The notes under the pieces: model-generated
Databases searched by the model: none
The model's input: only the letters and a program-made list of their open reading frames with translations
What the model was told of the DNA's origin: nothing
In this document: positions 54,515 through 64,000 of the stretch, piece by piece
Layout: each line of letters starts with the position of its first letter
Position numbering within the stretch: position 1 is the first letter of the stretch
From: Candidatus Shapirobacteria bacterium
GTDB lineage: Bacteria > Patescibacteriota > Microgenomatia > UBA12405
Length of the DNA: 64,000 nucleotides
Direction: 5' to 3'
Assembly (NCBI GenBank): GCA_018062705.1
Contig: JAGORQ010000004.1
Coordinates: forward strand, 2,345-66,344
Made by a program: the position numbers and the translations under genes

Positions 54515-56254
54515 TTATTTTCTCAACAAGCCACCCCATTCGACCAAGGTGAAGCCGGAGCGCTGGGGAGCTGAAAGTTTTTGGGGTGCCAAACTGATTG
54601 GTTTATCAAGACCTTCAAACTCCAAGAATAACCTGATGACAGTATCTGGTGATGGGGAAACTCGGAGAGGGGCGAGTTGGTTCATGTCAGCGGTATTGAG
54701 CCAGGTGAGACGGACATAGGGAGTGGTGGGAAGTTTTGACTGCCAAAATTCCATAAAATCGGCTGATTCTTGTGAATTTAGACCGAGTAATTTTAAATGA
54801 TTATTAATAGCACTAATTAATTTTTCCTGAGGAACAACAAAACCTTCGCCAGTATGAGAATTATAATGGCCAAAGCCAGTCCCCTCCCAGAAAAGATTGG
54901 GGTAGGCGGAGCCTTGATAATCTAATTGACCATTGGGGTGAGCTAAAACTGTCCAGCCTTTAGCTGGATAGAGTGGCTCTGATTTAGTGATTTTGGCGCC
55001 AACTTGAACATTGACGACAGTATCTTTTGGTGGATAGAGATATATTACTGGTTTACCACACTCGGCTTGAACTTGATTGAGTTCACTGATAAAAAGCCAC
55101 CATTCGTTAAATTTGTCTTTCCAGAGAAAGTGATTTTTTTGATTAAGAAAAGTATTTTTGTCTGGCTTGACTGAAGAATCTAGTTTGGAATAAATATCCT
55201 CGAGAAGCAAGGAGCTGGGGTCGGCGACAGCGTAGATATCAACGCCAGAGAGAGTTTTGCCGACTGGATTAAGTGAACTTAAAGTAGTTGAACTGGTTTT
55301 TATTATTGAACCGTAACCCTCACCGCACTTACCCTTGAAACCAATCGAGAAGTTCTGGTTATTCTTGGAACCATCATTCCAGATAATTTGAGGGATTTTG
55401 TCGTCGGTTAAAAATTCAGGGAGGAGTAGGTAGGATTTTACAGTATCATCTTTTAACCGAAGCCAAAACTTTCGATCATAGATACCACCTGGAGTTTTTA
55501 AGTTACCGTTTTTGGAAACTTCTTCGTAAACTGCATAAAGCCGACCGTAGGGAGTATTGGTCATAAGCACCGGGTTTTTTAGTTCAGTAAAAGAAATGGT
55601 GTTGTTCATGAAAAACATCGTTTTGCGGAAGGCGCCTTCGGGCACAGAAAAAGCATCTGGGGAATTAATGCCGTCAATTATCAGATCGGAGAATCCAACT
55701 GAAGACTTGAAATAATTGGGGATTGTTTGTTCGGAGCCGTATGGTATGGAACTGGACCTGGTAAGGTAGTAGAGTTCGCCATCCGGAATTTGAATAAAAC
55801 GATGGATGTAATACCAAGTGCCCATACCTTCCTCGGGGAATATAGCATTGATAAGTTTTGATCCGTCAGCAAAGTTGGCAACGTGGTGGTACTTAATATC
55901 TGAAGCCTTTGTTGCACCATTCTTAATGTATCCCGATTCGTTTTCAAGGTAGGGGTTCATGGCCACTATTTTGGGGAACTGAAGCCATGAAATTTGGCCT
56001 GGATTGATGGTGGCATACTGGGGAACTGTGGTAGGAGAAGTATTTTGGGTTGGTTGAACATAAACTGTGGGAAATGGTGAGATGACTGATGTATTTTGTT
56101 TTTCGACTAAATCGTGATTGAAAGCATAGATAAAGGCAGAAAAAATAAAAACGAAGGTTAGGGCAACTCCGACTAAAATACCGAAAATAAATTTGGATTT
56201 CTGAGCTGTTTGATTAATAATTGGTGCGACCGGAGGAGGAAGTATTTCGTTCAT
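54515..56254 (-). CDS. Large membrane-anchored extracellular hypothetical protein
   Basis: 579 aa, single N-terminal TM. Confidence 0.45.
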   Translation of the reverse strand: MNEILPPPVAPIINQTAQKSKFIFGILVGVALTFVFIFSAFIYAFNHDLVEKQNTSVISPFPTVYVQPTQNTSPTTVPQYATINPGQISWLQFPKIVAMNPYLENESGYIKNGATKASDIKYHHVANFADGSKLINAIFPEEGMGTWYYIHRFIQIPDGELYYLTRSSSIPYGSEQTIPNYFKSSVGFSDLIIDGINSPDAFSVPEGAFRKTMFFMNNTISFTELKNPVLMTNTPYGRLYAVYEEVSKNGNLKTPGGIYDRKFWLRLKDDTVKSYLLLPEFLTDDKIPQIIWNDGSKNNQNFSIGFKGKCGEGYGSIIKTSSTTLSSLNPVGKTLSGVDIYAVADPSSLLLEDIYSKLDSSVKPDKNTFLNQKNHFLWKDKFNEWWLFISELNQVQAECGKPVIYLYPPKDTVVNVQVGAKITKSEPLYPAKGWTVLAHPNGQLDYQGSAYPNLFWEGTGFGHYNSHTGEGFVVPQEKLISAINNHLKLLGLNSQESADFMEFWQSKLPTTPYVRLTWLNTADMNQLAPLRVSPSPDTVIRLFLEFEGLDKPISLAPQKLSAPQRSGFTLVEWGGLLRK

Positions 56255-56978
56255 AAATTAGTTTACCCCAAAAATAATCTTTGGTGAGATTTGGTTCATT
56301 TGGAATTGAATCAAAATATTGCTTGATTAGTTGAGATTTGTCGGAACCTCTAACAAATAGATTACCCTTGATTGGTAAAAATGATTTGATAATTTTAGTT
56401 GGAGTGGTGATGGTGGAGACGACAAAATTGTTAGAAGGGTCAACGGTTAAACTGTCGACACCATAAAAGAAGCGGTCGCCGATGGTGGTCTGGTTTTGAG
56501 AGCGATTGAGTTTTTGAGGAGTTGTGACAGAAGTGTAAAATGAGACGTAAGATTTAAGATTTAAGAAGTAAGAATAACTGCGGGAATAGGAACCAAAAAT
56601 ATGAGTGGTGGTTTCTGAATCGGGATCGTGAGCTATAAAACCAGAGTTGGTGTGAGCAAAAAGTGACCATTTTGGGGTGTTTCTTGAGACAGCAAAGCCG
56701 GTCATCAAATAAAGCGACTGGGGGCTATCAACTTCAACCTCAAGAATTTTATTGGTATTCAAATTTTGGAGTTGATTTAGGGTATAAGCATCGTGAACTT
56801 CGGCGAGGGTGGCTGGTAGGTAGTGGGAAAAATCGACAGAAAAAATTAGCAGACAATCAAAACCGCAATTATTTTTAAGATCAGACAAAAGTGTTTCAAG
56901 ATTTTTGGAGTCGACTTTTTGACCGACTAAAATAGGAATCACTTCGGCCTTCGGCCAGACAGTTTTTATGTCAGGCAA
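56214..56978 (-). CDS. MEMO1/AmmeMemoRadiSam-B-like (LigB superfamily) protein; frame stays open upstream to about 57335 without a canonical start
   Basis: Motifs DFSHY and HTNSG in listed ORF; upstream in-frame extension encodes ..APHHNLVKG.. and ..GPDHF..; no ATG/GTG/TTG before the in-frame stop. Confidence 0.4.
   Translation of the reverse strand: MPDIKTVWPKAEVIPILVGQKVDSKNLETLLSDLKNNCGFDCLLIFSVDFSHYLPATLAEVHDAYTLNQLQNLNTNKILEVEVDSPQSLYLMTGFAVSRNTPKWSLFAHTNSGFIAHDPDSETTTHIFGSYSRSYSYFLNLKSYVSFYTSVTTPQKLNRSQNQTTIGDRFFYGVDSLTVDPSNNFVVSTITTPTKIIKSFLPIKGNLFVRGSDKSQLIKQYFDSIPNEPNLTKDYFWGKLIYERNTSSSGRTNY
56543..56578. repeat. Heptamer tandem repeat family copy (inside MEMO-like gene)
   Basis: GACGTAA-GATTTAA-GATTTAA-GAAGTAA-GAATAAC. 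Confidence 0.55.
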
Positions 56979-57267
56979 TAAGTTGAAAATAGCATGATCG
57001 TCTTTGAGAATATTGTCATAGTTGATCAGTTTGGAGGTAAACTTGGAAAAAAGGTTTTTATCAAAATTTACCTGACCATTGGATAAATTCCAGCTTGAGG
57101 AGGAGTAGGTAATTTGCTTTTGATTGGCAGAAAAATGATCAGGACCGATAAGGATAATATGTTTAGTAAAAAAACGTTTTGACTTAATTTCTTGAAAAAA
57201 TTTGAGGCGGGTGCCTTTGACTAAATTGTGATGAGGAGCGACGAGGGTGAGGGGCTGAGTGTAAAAG

Positions 57268-57310
57268 AGATTTAAGAAGTAAGATGTAGGAAGTAAGAAT
57301 AAGACAAAAA
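57268..57310. repeat. Heptamer tandem repeat family copy (N-terminal extension of MEMO-like gene)
   Basis: GATTTAA-GAAGTAA-GATGTAG-GAAGTAA-GAATAAG. Confidence 0.55.
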
Positions 57311-57352
57311 TAATTAAAAAAAGTTTTTTGGTGATGAGTGATTATATTATAT

Positions 57353-57393
57353 AAAAAATCCCCTCCGCCAGTTGGCGGATTGGGGGATTTTTT
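57353..57393. terminator. Composite bidirectional hairpin terminator (AAAAAATCCCC[TCCGCCA-gt-TGGCGGA]TTGGGGGATTTTTT)
   Basis: Nested perfect inverted repeats flanked by A-run and T-run. Confidence 0.55.
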
Positions 57394-57400
57394 AGTTGCT

Positions 57401-57901
57401 TTACTCTATGGTTGGATTAGCAAATTTCTTTTGGGATTCGGCTTTTTGTTTTTTTAGTTCCTTTATTGATAGTTTGTGACCCAAGGCAGCACCTATAAAT
57501 CTTTCGATTTTTTGGTTTTCTTCAGCCTTCTCAGGTAAAAATTTATCTTCTTTATCCCAGGCTGGGCCGTTAATTATTACGGTAGCATGGCGAGCTGCCC
57601 GAATTCTATCTGATTGTCTAATTGGCGCTAGCGGGCCATAAAGTCTAATTGCATTAACAATGTTCCGATCTTCTTTGAGTCTTCGGAGATCAGAGCGCAT
57701 ATTTAATCCTTCATTATTATTTTCACTAGTTTTAATTTCAATGTTCAATGCTCTAATACGACCCTCTATTAACGACTCGACATTTTGTGGCGTAGCCCAT
57801 TCAGGATTTTTCCAAACTAAATCGGCAGTATTATTGCCACCAGTAAGCGTGTCTTTTAAACCCATTATTATAGTCGAAGGAGGTGTGATGTCATATTTCA
57901 T
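57401..57901 (-). CDS. Hypothetical protein
   Basis: 166 aa ORF between two terminator hairpins. Confidence 0.4.
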   Translation of the reverse strand: MKYDITPPSTIIMGLKDTLTGGNNTADLVWKNPEWATPQNVESLIEGRIRALNIEIKTSENNNEGLNMRSDLRRLKEDRNIVNAIRLYGPLAPIRQSDRIRAARHATVIINGPAWDKEDKFLPEKAEENQKIERFIGAALGHKLSIKELKKQKAESQKKFANPTIE

Positions 57902-57967
57902 ATATAGTTTATTAATCTCTAACTAACCCAATCTTATAAGAAAAAAAAAATAAGTCAAACACATACT

Positions 57968-58036
57968 AAAAAATCCCCCATTTCTAGGGGATTTTTTGAT
58001 TGGTTTGGATAAGAGACGTCCCGGTGGGGCGTCTCT
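57968..58036. terminator. Tandem terminator hairpins (AAAAAATCCCCC-atttcta-GGGGATTTTTT, then AGAGACG-tcccggtgggg-CGTCTCT) downstream of DMT transporter gene
   Basis: Two perfect stems with flanking A/T runs. Confidence 0.5.
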
Positions 58037-58077
58037 ACCGGAATGAATTTCGACCCTTTTGATAGGTTTGGGGTAAG

Positions 58078-59010
58078 TTATTTTGACAAACTTAAGGCGG
58101 AATAGATCATGACCGAGGCACAGACAAATCTGACTAGGTAAACTTTGACCGGATGTTTTTCGAGTAATGACGGAAAAAATAACGACAAGACAAAAACAAT
58201 GATCATGGAAATTGGCAAGGAATTGATGGTATTGGTAATCGAGACATTGGTAGCCACCGCCTTGTTGTAAGCCAAAGAAGTAGCGGTTTGAATAATGGCT
58301 ATCAGTAAAACAATTGAGAGTTGCAACCAATTTACTTTTAATAGACCAGTTTTGAATTTAGGAAAACTTAAAGAAATAAATAATACTGTAAAAATATTTG
58401 TCCAGAGAACCACAGTCCAATAAGAATCTTGTTTGATGGCTTGATTAATAAACAGGCTGTTGATGGGGAGAAAAGCCATAGCTAAAACTGCGAGAAGAAC
58501 TGGTTTTCTAAAAAAAGCCCGCCAATTAAAATGACCATCATAGTTAACAAAAATTCCGCCCAAAATTATTAGTGCTATAAACAGAAATTGTCGTAATCCA
58601 ATAACTTCATGAAGTACTACAACACCTAACAGTAGGCTAAAAACGGTCTGCAAACTGTAGAGCGGAGATAGGACTGAAACCTCGAGAGAATAAATAGCTC
58701 GAATAGCTAAAGTTAGAAATAAGGTAGAGCAGAGTGATGCAAAGATGATGTTATACCAGTGACCGGGAAGTGAGGCGCCATTTTTTAGGGCGATAGGAAC
58801 TGTTAAAATTACAACAAAAAGTTGCCACAAAAAATTAAAAAGATAATGATTTTTGATACTATATTTACTAGTTAGTTTGGCAGTGACACCGGTAACACCG
58901 GAAAGAATGGAGCTGGCCCAGGCGAATAAAAGATAAGATGTCATTGGTGAAATTGTAACAAAAAAGCCCCCTAATGCTAGGGGACTTTTTAATAAGTAAC
59001 CCTTCGACAA
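58078..59010 (-). CDS. DMT-superfamily (EamA-like) transporter
   Basis: 310 aa, 10 TM segments in two repeats. Confidence 0.6.
   Translation of the reverse strand: MSKGYLLKSPLALGGFFVTISPMTSYLLFAWASSILSGVTGVTAKLTSKYSIKNHYLFNFLWQLFVVILTVPIALKNGASLPGHWYNIIFASLCSTLFLTLAIRAIYSLEVSVLSPLYSLQTVFSLLLGVVVLHEVIGLRQFLFIALIILGGIFVNYDGHFNWRAFFRKPVLLAVLAMAFLPINSLFINQAIKQDSYWTVVLWTNIFTVLFISLSFPKFKTGLLKVNWLQLSIVLLIAIIQTATSLAYNKAVATNVSITNTINSLPISMIIVFVLSLFFPSLLEKHPVKVYLVRFVCASVMIYSALSLSK
58960..58990. terminator. Hairpin terminator after groEL (AAAAAGCCCCCTA-atgc-TAGGGGACTTTTT)
   Basis: GC stem with flanking A/T runs, 45-75 nt downstream of groEL stop. Confidence 0.5.
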
Positions 59011-59035
59011 GCTCAGGGTAATTCGCTTTAGCGAA

Positions 59036-60742
<1,707 letters not shown>

Positions 60743-61027
60743 CTACTTAACAATGGCCATGATGTCGTCGAACTTGAGAATTATCAAGTCTTGATCACCA
60801 TCTTTATATTCTTTACCACCCCATTCTTTGTAGATAACAGTGTCACCGACAGCGCAAGGAGCGGATTTTTTGGTGCCATAGTCGGAGGTGTATTCGGAAC
60901 CGATAGATAAGACTTTACCGAGTTGGGGTTTTTCGTCGTGACTAGTGGCTAAAACTATACCGGAGGAAGTAATTTTTTCTTTTTTTTGGGGCTCAACAAC
61001 AATGTGGCCCGAAACAGGTGAAATCAT
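60743..61027 (-). CDS. groS: Co-chaperonin GroES
   Basis: 94 aa, ..VLATSHDEKPQLGKVLSIG...GDTVIYKEWGGKEYK.. GroES pattern. Confidence 0.9.
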   Translation of the reverse strand: MISPVSGHIVVEPQKKEKITSSGIVLATSHDEKPQLGKVLSIGSEYTSDYGTKKSAPCAVGDTVIYKEWGGKEYKDGDQDLIILKFDDIMAIVK

Positions 61028-61071
61028 ATTTAATTAAGAATTAATAATTAACAATTAATAATGGGTGAAAA

Positions 61072-61422
61072 CTATTGTAGCAGATAATATAACAGACTGC
61101 TAATTTTTTTCAAGAGAGAAAATTTTTTGACAAAAAACCAAGGTAGAAGAAAAATAGCGAGAATAAATGCTATCCAGACACCATAAATAGCCAAAGGCGA
61201 GACGGTGTAGTAATCGTGGGTATAAATAACAATGGAAGGATCGGCTGATGGGGAAAAATTGTGGACAAATGGCGGTAAAAAACTTAGGAATGGTACGGGG
61301 TCGGTACAGATATAGAGACGGCCATTGACAAAAAAATGCCAAATTAGTGAAAATAACAGAAAACTGGCGAGGAGTCCTAAAAAATAAACTATAATTGAGA
61401 AGCCGTGTGAAGGTTTGTTCAC
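61072..61422 (-). CDS. Small membrane hypothetical protein (uncertain; 3' end overlaps groES promoter region)
   Basis: 116 aa, 3 TM. Confidence 0.3.
   Translation of the reverse strand: MNKPSHGFSIIVYFLGLLASFLLFSLIWHFFVNGRLYICTDPVPFLSFLPPFVHNFSPSADPSIVIYTHDYYTVSPLAIYGVWIAFILAIFLLPWFFVKKFSLLKKISSLLYYLLQ
61075..61103 (-). promoter_or_regulatory. Degenerate CIRCE-like inverted repeat (TTAGCAGTC-N9-ATCTGCTAC) overlapping putative -10 (TATTAT) of groES-groEL promoter
   Basis: Minus-strand TTGAAA-N18-TATTAT with TTAGCAGTC..CTGCTA inverted repeat; left half matches CIRCE TTAGCACTC 8/9. Confidence 0.35.
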
Positions 61423-61434
61423 AACATATTATAT

Positions 61435-62232
61435 ATGAAACTCGCAAAGACAAAATTAAATGGACTAGATTTTTGGTACCGAAGTGATGATAAGTTTATA
61501 GGTCAGAGAATTGCGTTGGGGAAGTATGAGGAATATGAAACCTTGCTCATGTTAAATCAGGTCGATAGTAATAGTGTGGTGGTGGATATCGGAGCGAATA
61601 TTGGCTACTATACCCTACTGTTGGCGCAAAAGTGTAAAATGGTTTATGCGTTTGAGCCGGATAAAGAATGTTTTGAAATTTTAAAAAAAAATGTAGAAGA
61701 GAATGGATTAAAGAATGTGAAGTTGTTTAATGTGGCAGTGGGGGCAAAGAAAGAAAAGAGGGTATTGATAAAAGATAAAGAGAATTTGGGGAATAGTCAT
61801 CTAACCCCTCCGCCCTACGGGCACCTCCCCTTGACAGGGGAGGCCAATATTTTATTAGATAATAGTTATTTGGTTGAGACTGATACTTTGGATAATATTT
61901 TGAAGAATGAACAAAAAATTGATTTGATAAAAATTGATGTTCAGGGGTGGGAACCAGAAGTAGTGGAGGGGGCGAAGGGAATAATAAAAAAATATTCCCC
62001 GACTTTGTTTATGGAATATAACGGAGGAAATATAGATTTTTTGAAAAAGGCTTATAAAAATATCTGGTCGATTGATTACTGGTTTTATATTTGTCGAAGA
62101 GGAATTAAAGTAAATAAAAAAACTGGTTATGTGGATTTGTGGTTGAAAAAAGAATTTAGTTTGAGCGATTATTGGTGGACGGTAAAAGAAATACAGGTTA
62201 AAAAAGTGTTGAAACATATATTAGACATGTAA
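61435..62232 (+). CDS. FkbM-family class I SAM-dependent methyltransferase; contains in-frame GC-rich palindromic insert at about 61803-61845
   Basis: VVDIGANIGYYTLLLAQ...VYAFEPDKECFEIL motif. Confidence 0.65.
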   Translation: MKLAKTKLNGLDFWYRSDDKFIGQRIALGKYEEYETLLMLNQVDSNSVVVDIGANIGYYTLLLAQKCKMVYAFEPDKECFEILKKNVEENGLKNVKLFNVAVGAKKEKRVLIKDKENLGNSHLTPPPYGHLPLTGEANILLDNSYLVETDTLDNILKNEQKIDLIKIDVQGWEPEVVEGAKGIIKKYSPTLFMEYNGGNIDFLKKAYKNIWSIDYWFYICRRGIKVNKKTGYVDLWLKKEFSLSDYWWTVKEIQVKKVLKHILDM

Positions 62233-62919
62233 GTAGGTCATTTGAGAAAAGACTTCTATGGCTTTATTTTGAGCCTCAGATTCGAGTGGGTGGCCAACAC
62301 CCTCTTCGACATGAAGCTGGTTTATAGCTTTAATTACGCCCGGAGTGGGTAGGCTATTTTGATATGAAATGGCACCCTGTTGGTCGTGTTGGTGTATTTC
62401 AGACATTATTCCTAAATCAAGTCTTTTTTCTGACCACTGCTTAAAATGTTGTGTTTCATGTGAAGCGGCAAACGAAAGGTACTCGACAATATTAGTTGTA
62501 TTTTGAGGTGCAGAATCGTAGGCGTATCCCTTACAAATCCCAATAAAATTTTTACCATCGTTTCTTATTCCAAAAACACCAGTAGAAACAGTTTTTGTTA
62601 ATGTACCATAGCTTCTGTCGAAAAATAATATTGCATCGATCTGTTGAGCTAATTCGACATCACCACCAATTGTTCTAGATATGGAGTCGAGAATTGCCAG
62701 CCTTTCATATTCTTCAAAACTTGTGCCCAAATCTTGACTGTCTTCTTTATTTCCTCCTTGAAAACAACTTACCTTTTGTAAAAGAACATCAACTGTTTCA
62801 GGAAAAAGTAAATTATTTCGAACTACTTCTAAAGCAAGACGGTTGAATTCAGAGTCATTAAAAAAATCTACTGGTGGCGGAATATCGTTTATTTTTGTCG
62901 GAGATGGTCGATCAAACAT
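62221..62919 (-). CDS. Hypothetical protein with HExxH motif (possible zinc metallopeptidase-like)
   Basis: FAASHETQHF (HExxH); 232 aa. Confidence 0.35.
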   Translation of the reverse strand: MFDRPSPTKINDIPPPVDFFNDSEFNRLALEVVRNNLLFPETVDVLLQKVSCFQGGNKEDSQDLGTSFEEYERLAILDSISRTIGGDVELAQQIDAILFFDRSYGTLTKTVSTGVFGIRNDGKNFIGICKGYAYDSAPQNTTNIVEYLSFAASHETQHFKQWSEKRLDLGIMSEIHQHDQQGAISYQNSLPTPGVIKAINQLHVEEGVGHPLESEAQNKAIEVFSQMTYLHV

Positions 62920-62925
62920 AGTTAG

Positions 62926-63321
62926 CTATTTTAGGACATTGAAACCAGCTGTAGTAAAATGGTGGTCAAAAGTAAGAACGTCTTTGAGTCCGTACTCTTG
63001 CATACAAGCAAAATGGATGTAATCAAAAACATTTGGGCCGGACTTGGAAAATTTAGTGATTATTTTTGAAAAAGCAATTTGCCAAGTAGAGTCGGTAATT
63101 GATATTCGTTGGTACAATCCGCTATATAATAGCGCGTTTAGCTTTTTGGCGTGTGGAATAGATTTTTTAAGTAAAACGTTGACTGATTCGTATTTAACTA
63201 AGTCATCAAAAAACAATGTATTGTCAGGATACTTTTTGGAAATGTCAATAGCTTTTTGATGATTAATGTCGTTTCTATCAAACATGGCGATTAGAAACGA
63301 CGAGTCGATAAAAATATTCAT
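62926..63321 (-). CDS. vapC: PIN-domain toxin VapC
   Basis: MNIFIDSSFLIAMFDRNDINH N-terminal PIN acidic residues; 131 aa. Confidence 0.7.
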   Translation of the reverse strand: MNIFIDSSFLIAMFDRNDINHQKAIDISKKYPDNTLFFDDLVKYESVNVLLKKSIPHAKKLNALLYSGLYQRISITDSTWQIAFSKIITKFSKSGPNVFDYIHFACMQEYGLKDVLTFDHHFTTAGFNVLK

Positions 63322-63605
63322 CTTAAATTCTCAGGCAAATATTTATCTATGTTTTCGGAAAGATTCGTCTTCTTTTTTGTTTTTGGAAAGCTGTTGGCAA
63401 TTTTGATTAGCTCAGAAAACGCATTTTTAGATTTTACTTGAGAATTGGTTTTTATTTTTTCTCTTAAAAGATCGCGGAGATACCCGGAAACAGTGGTTTT
63501 GTTTAACTTGGCACCAATACGAAGGTTGGTTAGTAAATTATCATCTAGGTATATTTGAGTTCTAATCATGGTGTATGTATACACCATTATCGTCTGATTT
63601 GTCAA
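63318..63605 (-). CDS. vapB: VapB-type antitoxin (ribbon-helix-helix/CopG-like); true start probably internal MIRTQIYL
   Basis: IRTQIYLDDNLLTNLRIGAKLNKTTVSGYLRDLLREKI RHH-like; 4-nt overlap with vapC. Confidence 0.5.
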   Translation of the reverse strand: MTNQTIMVYTYTMIRTQIYLDDNLLTNLRIGAKLNKTTVSGYLRDLLREKIKTNSQVKSKNAFSELIKIANSFPKTKKKTNLSENIDKYLPENLR

Positions 63606-63632
63606 TAATCAGATGAAGTATAATGAGCTAAT

Positions 63633-64000
63633 ATGTCAAAAATAAAAACGGTATATGCAAGAGAAATATTGGCCAGTGGCGGGGCGCCGAGCTTGGAGGT
63701 GACGGTAATAACAGAAGGTGGAGCGGTGGGTGAAGCGTCGGTGAGTTATGGAGCATCGGCGGGGACAAAAGAAGCCACAGTCTTACTTGATGGAGATAAG
63801 GCTCGTTTTAATGGCAAAGGGATGTTGACGGCGATAAAAAACATTAATGAAATTTTGGGACCGGCGGTAATGGGAATGGAAGTGACTAATCAAATTGAAA
63901 TTGATGAAAAAATGATTGCCATGGATGGCACGGAAAATAAGGCGAAATTGGGTGGAAATGCGATTTTGGGGGTAAGTATGGCAGTAGCGAGAGCAGGGGC
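63633..64000 (+). CDS. eno: Enolase (5' partial, continues beyond window)
   Basis: MSKIKTVYAREIL..GAPSLEV...ASAGTKEA..LLDGD typical enolase N-terminus. Confidence 0.9.
   Translation, partial: MSKIKTVYAREILASGGAPSLEVTVITEGGAVGEASVSYGASAGTKEATVLLDGDKARFNGKGMLTAIKNINEILGPAVMGMEVTNQIEIDEKMIAMDGTENKAKLGGNAILGVSMAVARAG

Overview
AT-rich (about 35-40% GC) bacterial chromosomal segment. Gene content and style look like a Candidate Phyla Radiation (Patescibacteria-type) genome: many small genes, a lone 16S rRNA with non-canonical universal-primer sites, T4SS-type pilin genes, split transketolase, two PBP1A genes.

Features I can support:
- a tmRNA (ssrA) next to smpB, with a small GIY-YIG nuclease gene between them;
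- a lone 16S rRNA gene (minus strand) flanked by uppS and recF;
- tRNA-Tyr(GUA) and tRNA-Cys(GCA);
- a sugar-phosphate metabolism cluster (rpiB, pgk, cutA, gap, rpe-like, LOG; later pfkB kinase, fba, split tkt);
- a cell-envelope cluster (CapA, PEGA lipoprotein, MraY/WecA-like GT4, GT39, GT2, two PBP1A);
- groES-groEL with a degenerate CIRCE-like operator, and the start of enolase;
- two type II toxin-antitoxin pairs (HigBA-like, VapBC) and an ECF sigma factor.

Most interesting region: about 22.3-29.5 kb looks like an integrated element. A large serine recombinase overlaps the 3' end of tRNA-Tyr, a 13-nt imperfect repeat of the tRNA 3' end sits at about 22288, and the cargo includes a divergent BmrR-like MerR regulator and a class II UvrA paralog (a drug-resistance-type cassette).

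Several families of small repeats lie across the window:
- in-frame GC-rich palindromic mini-insertions inside CDSs;
- degenerate heptanucleotide tandem repeats at the 5' ends of membrane-protein genes (encoding a YSYFLNLKS-like segment);
- a 9-bp-period AACTTTAT(C/A)A repeat upstream of three minus-strand genes (tkt operon, pfkB kinase, PP2C-like membrane protein);
- duplicated gene-end fragments flanking short inserted genes;
- a recurring AAAAAATCCCCC-loop-GGGGGATTTTTT terminator.

No CRISPR array, and no 23S or 5S rRNA, were seen.
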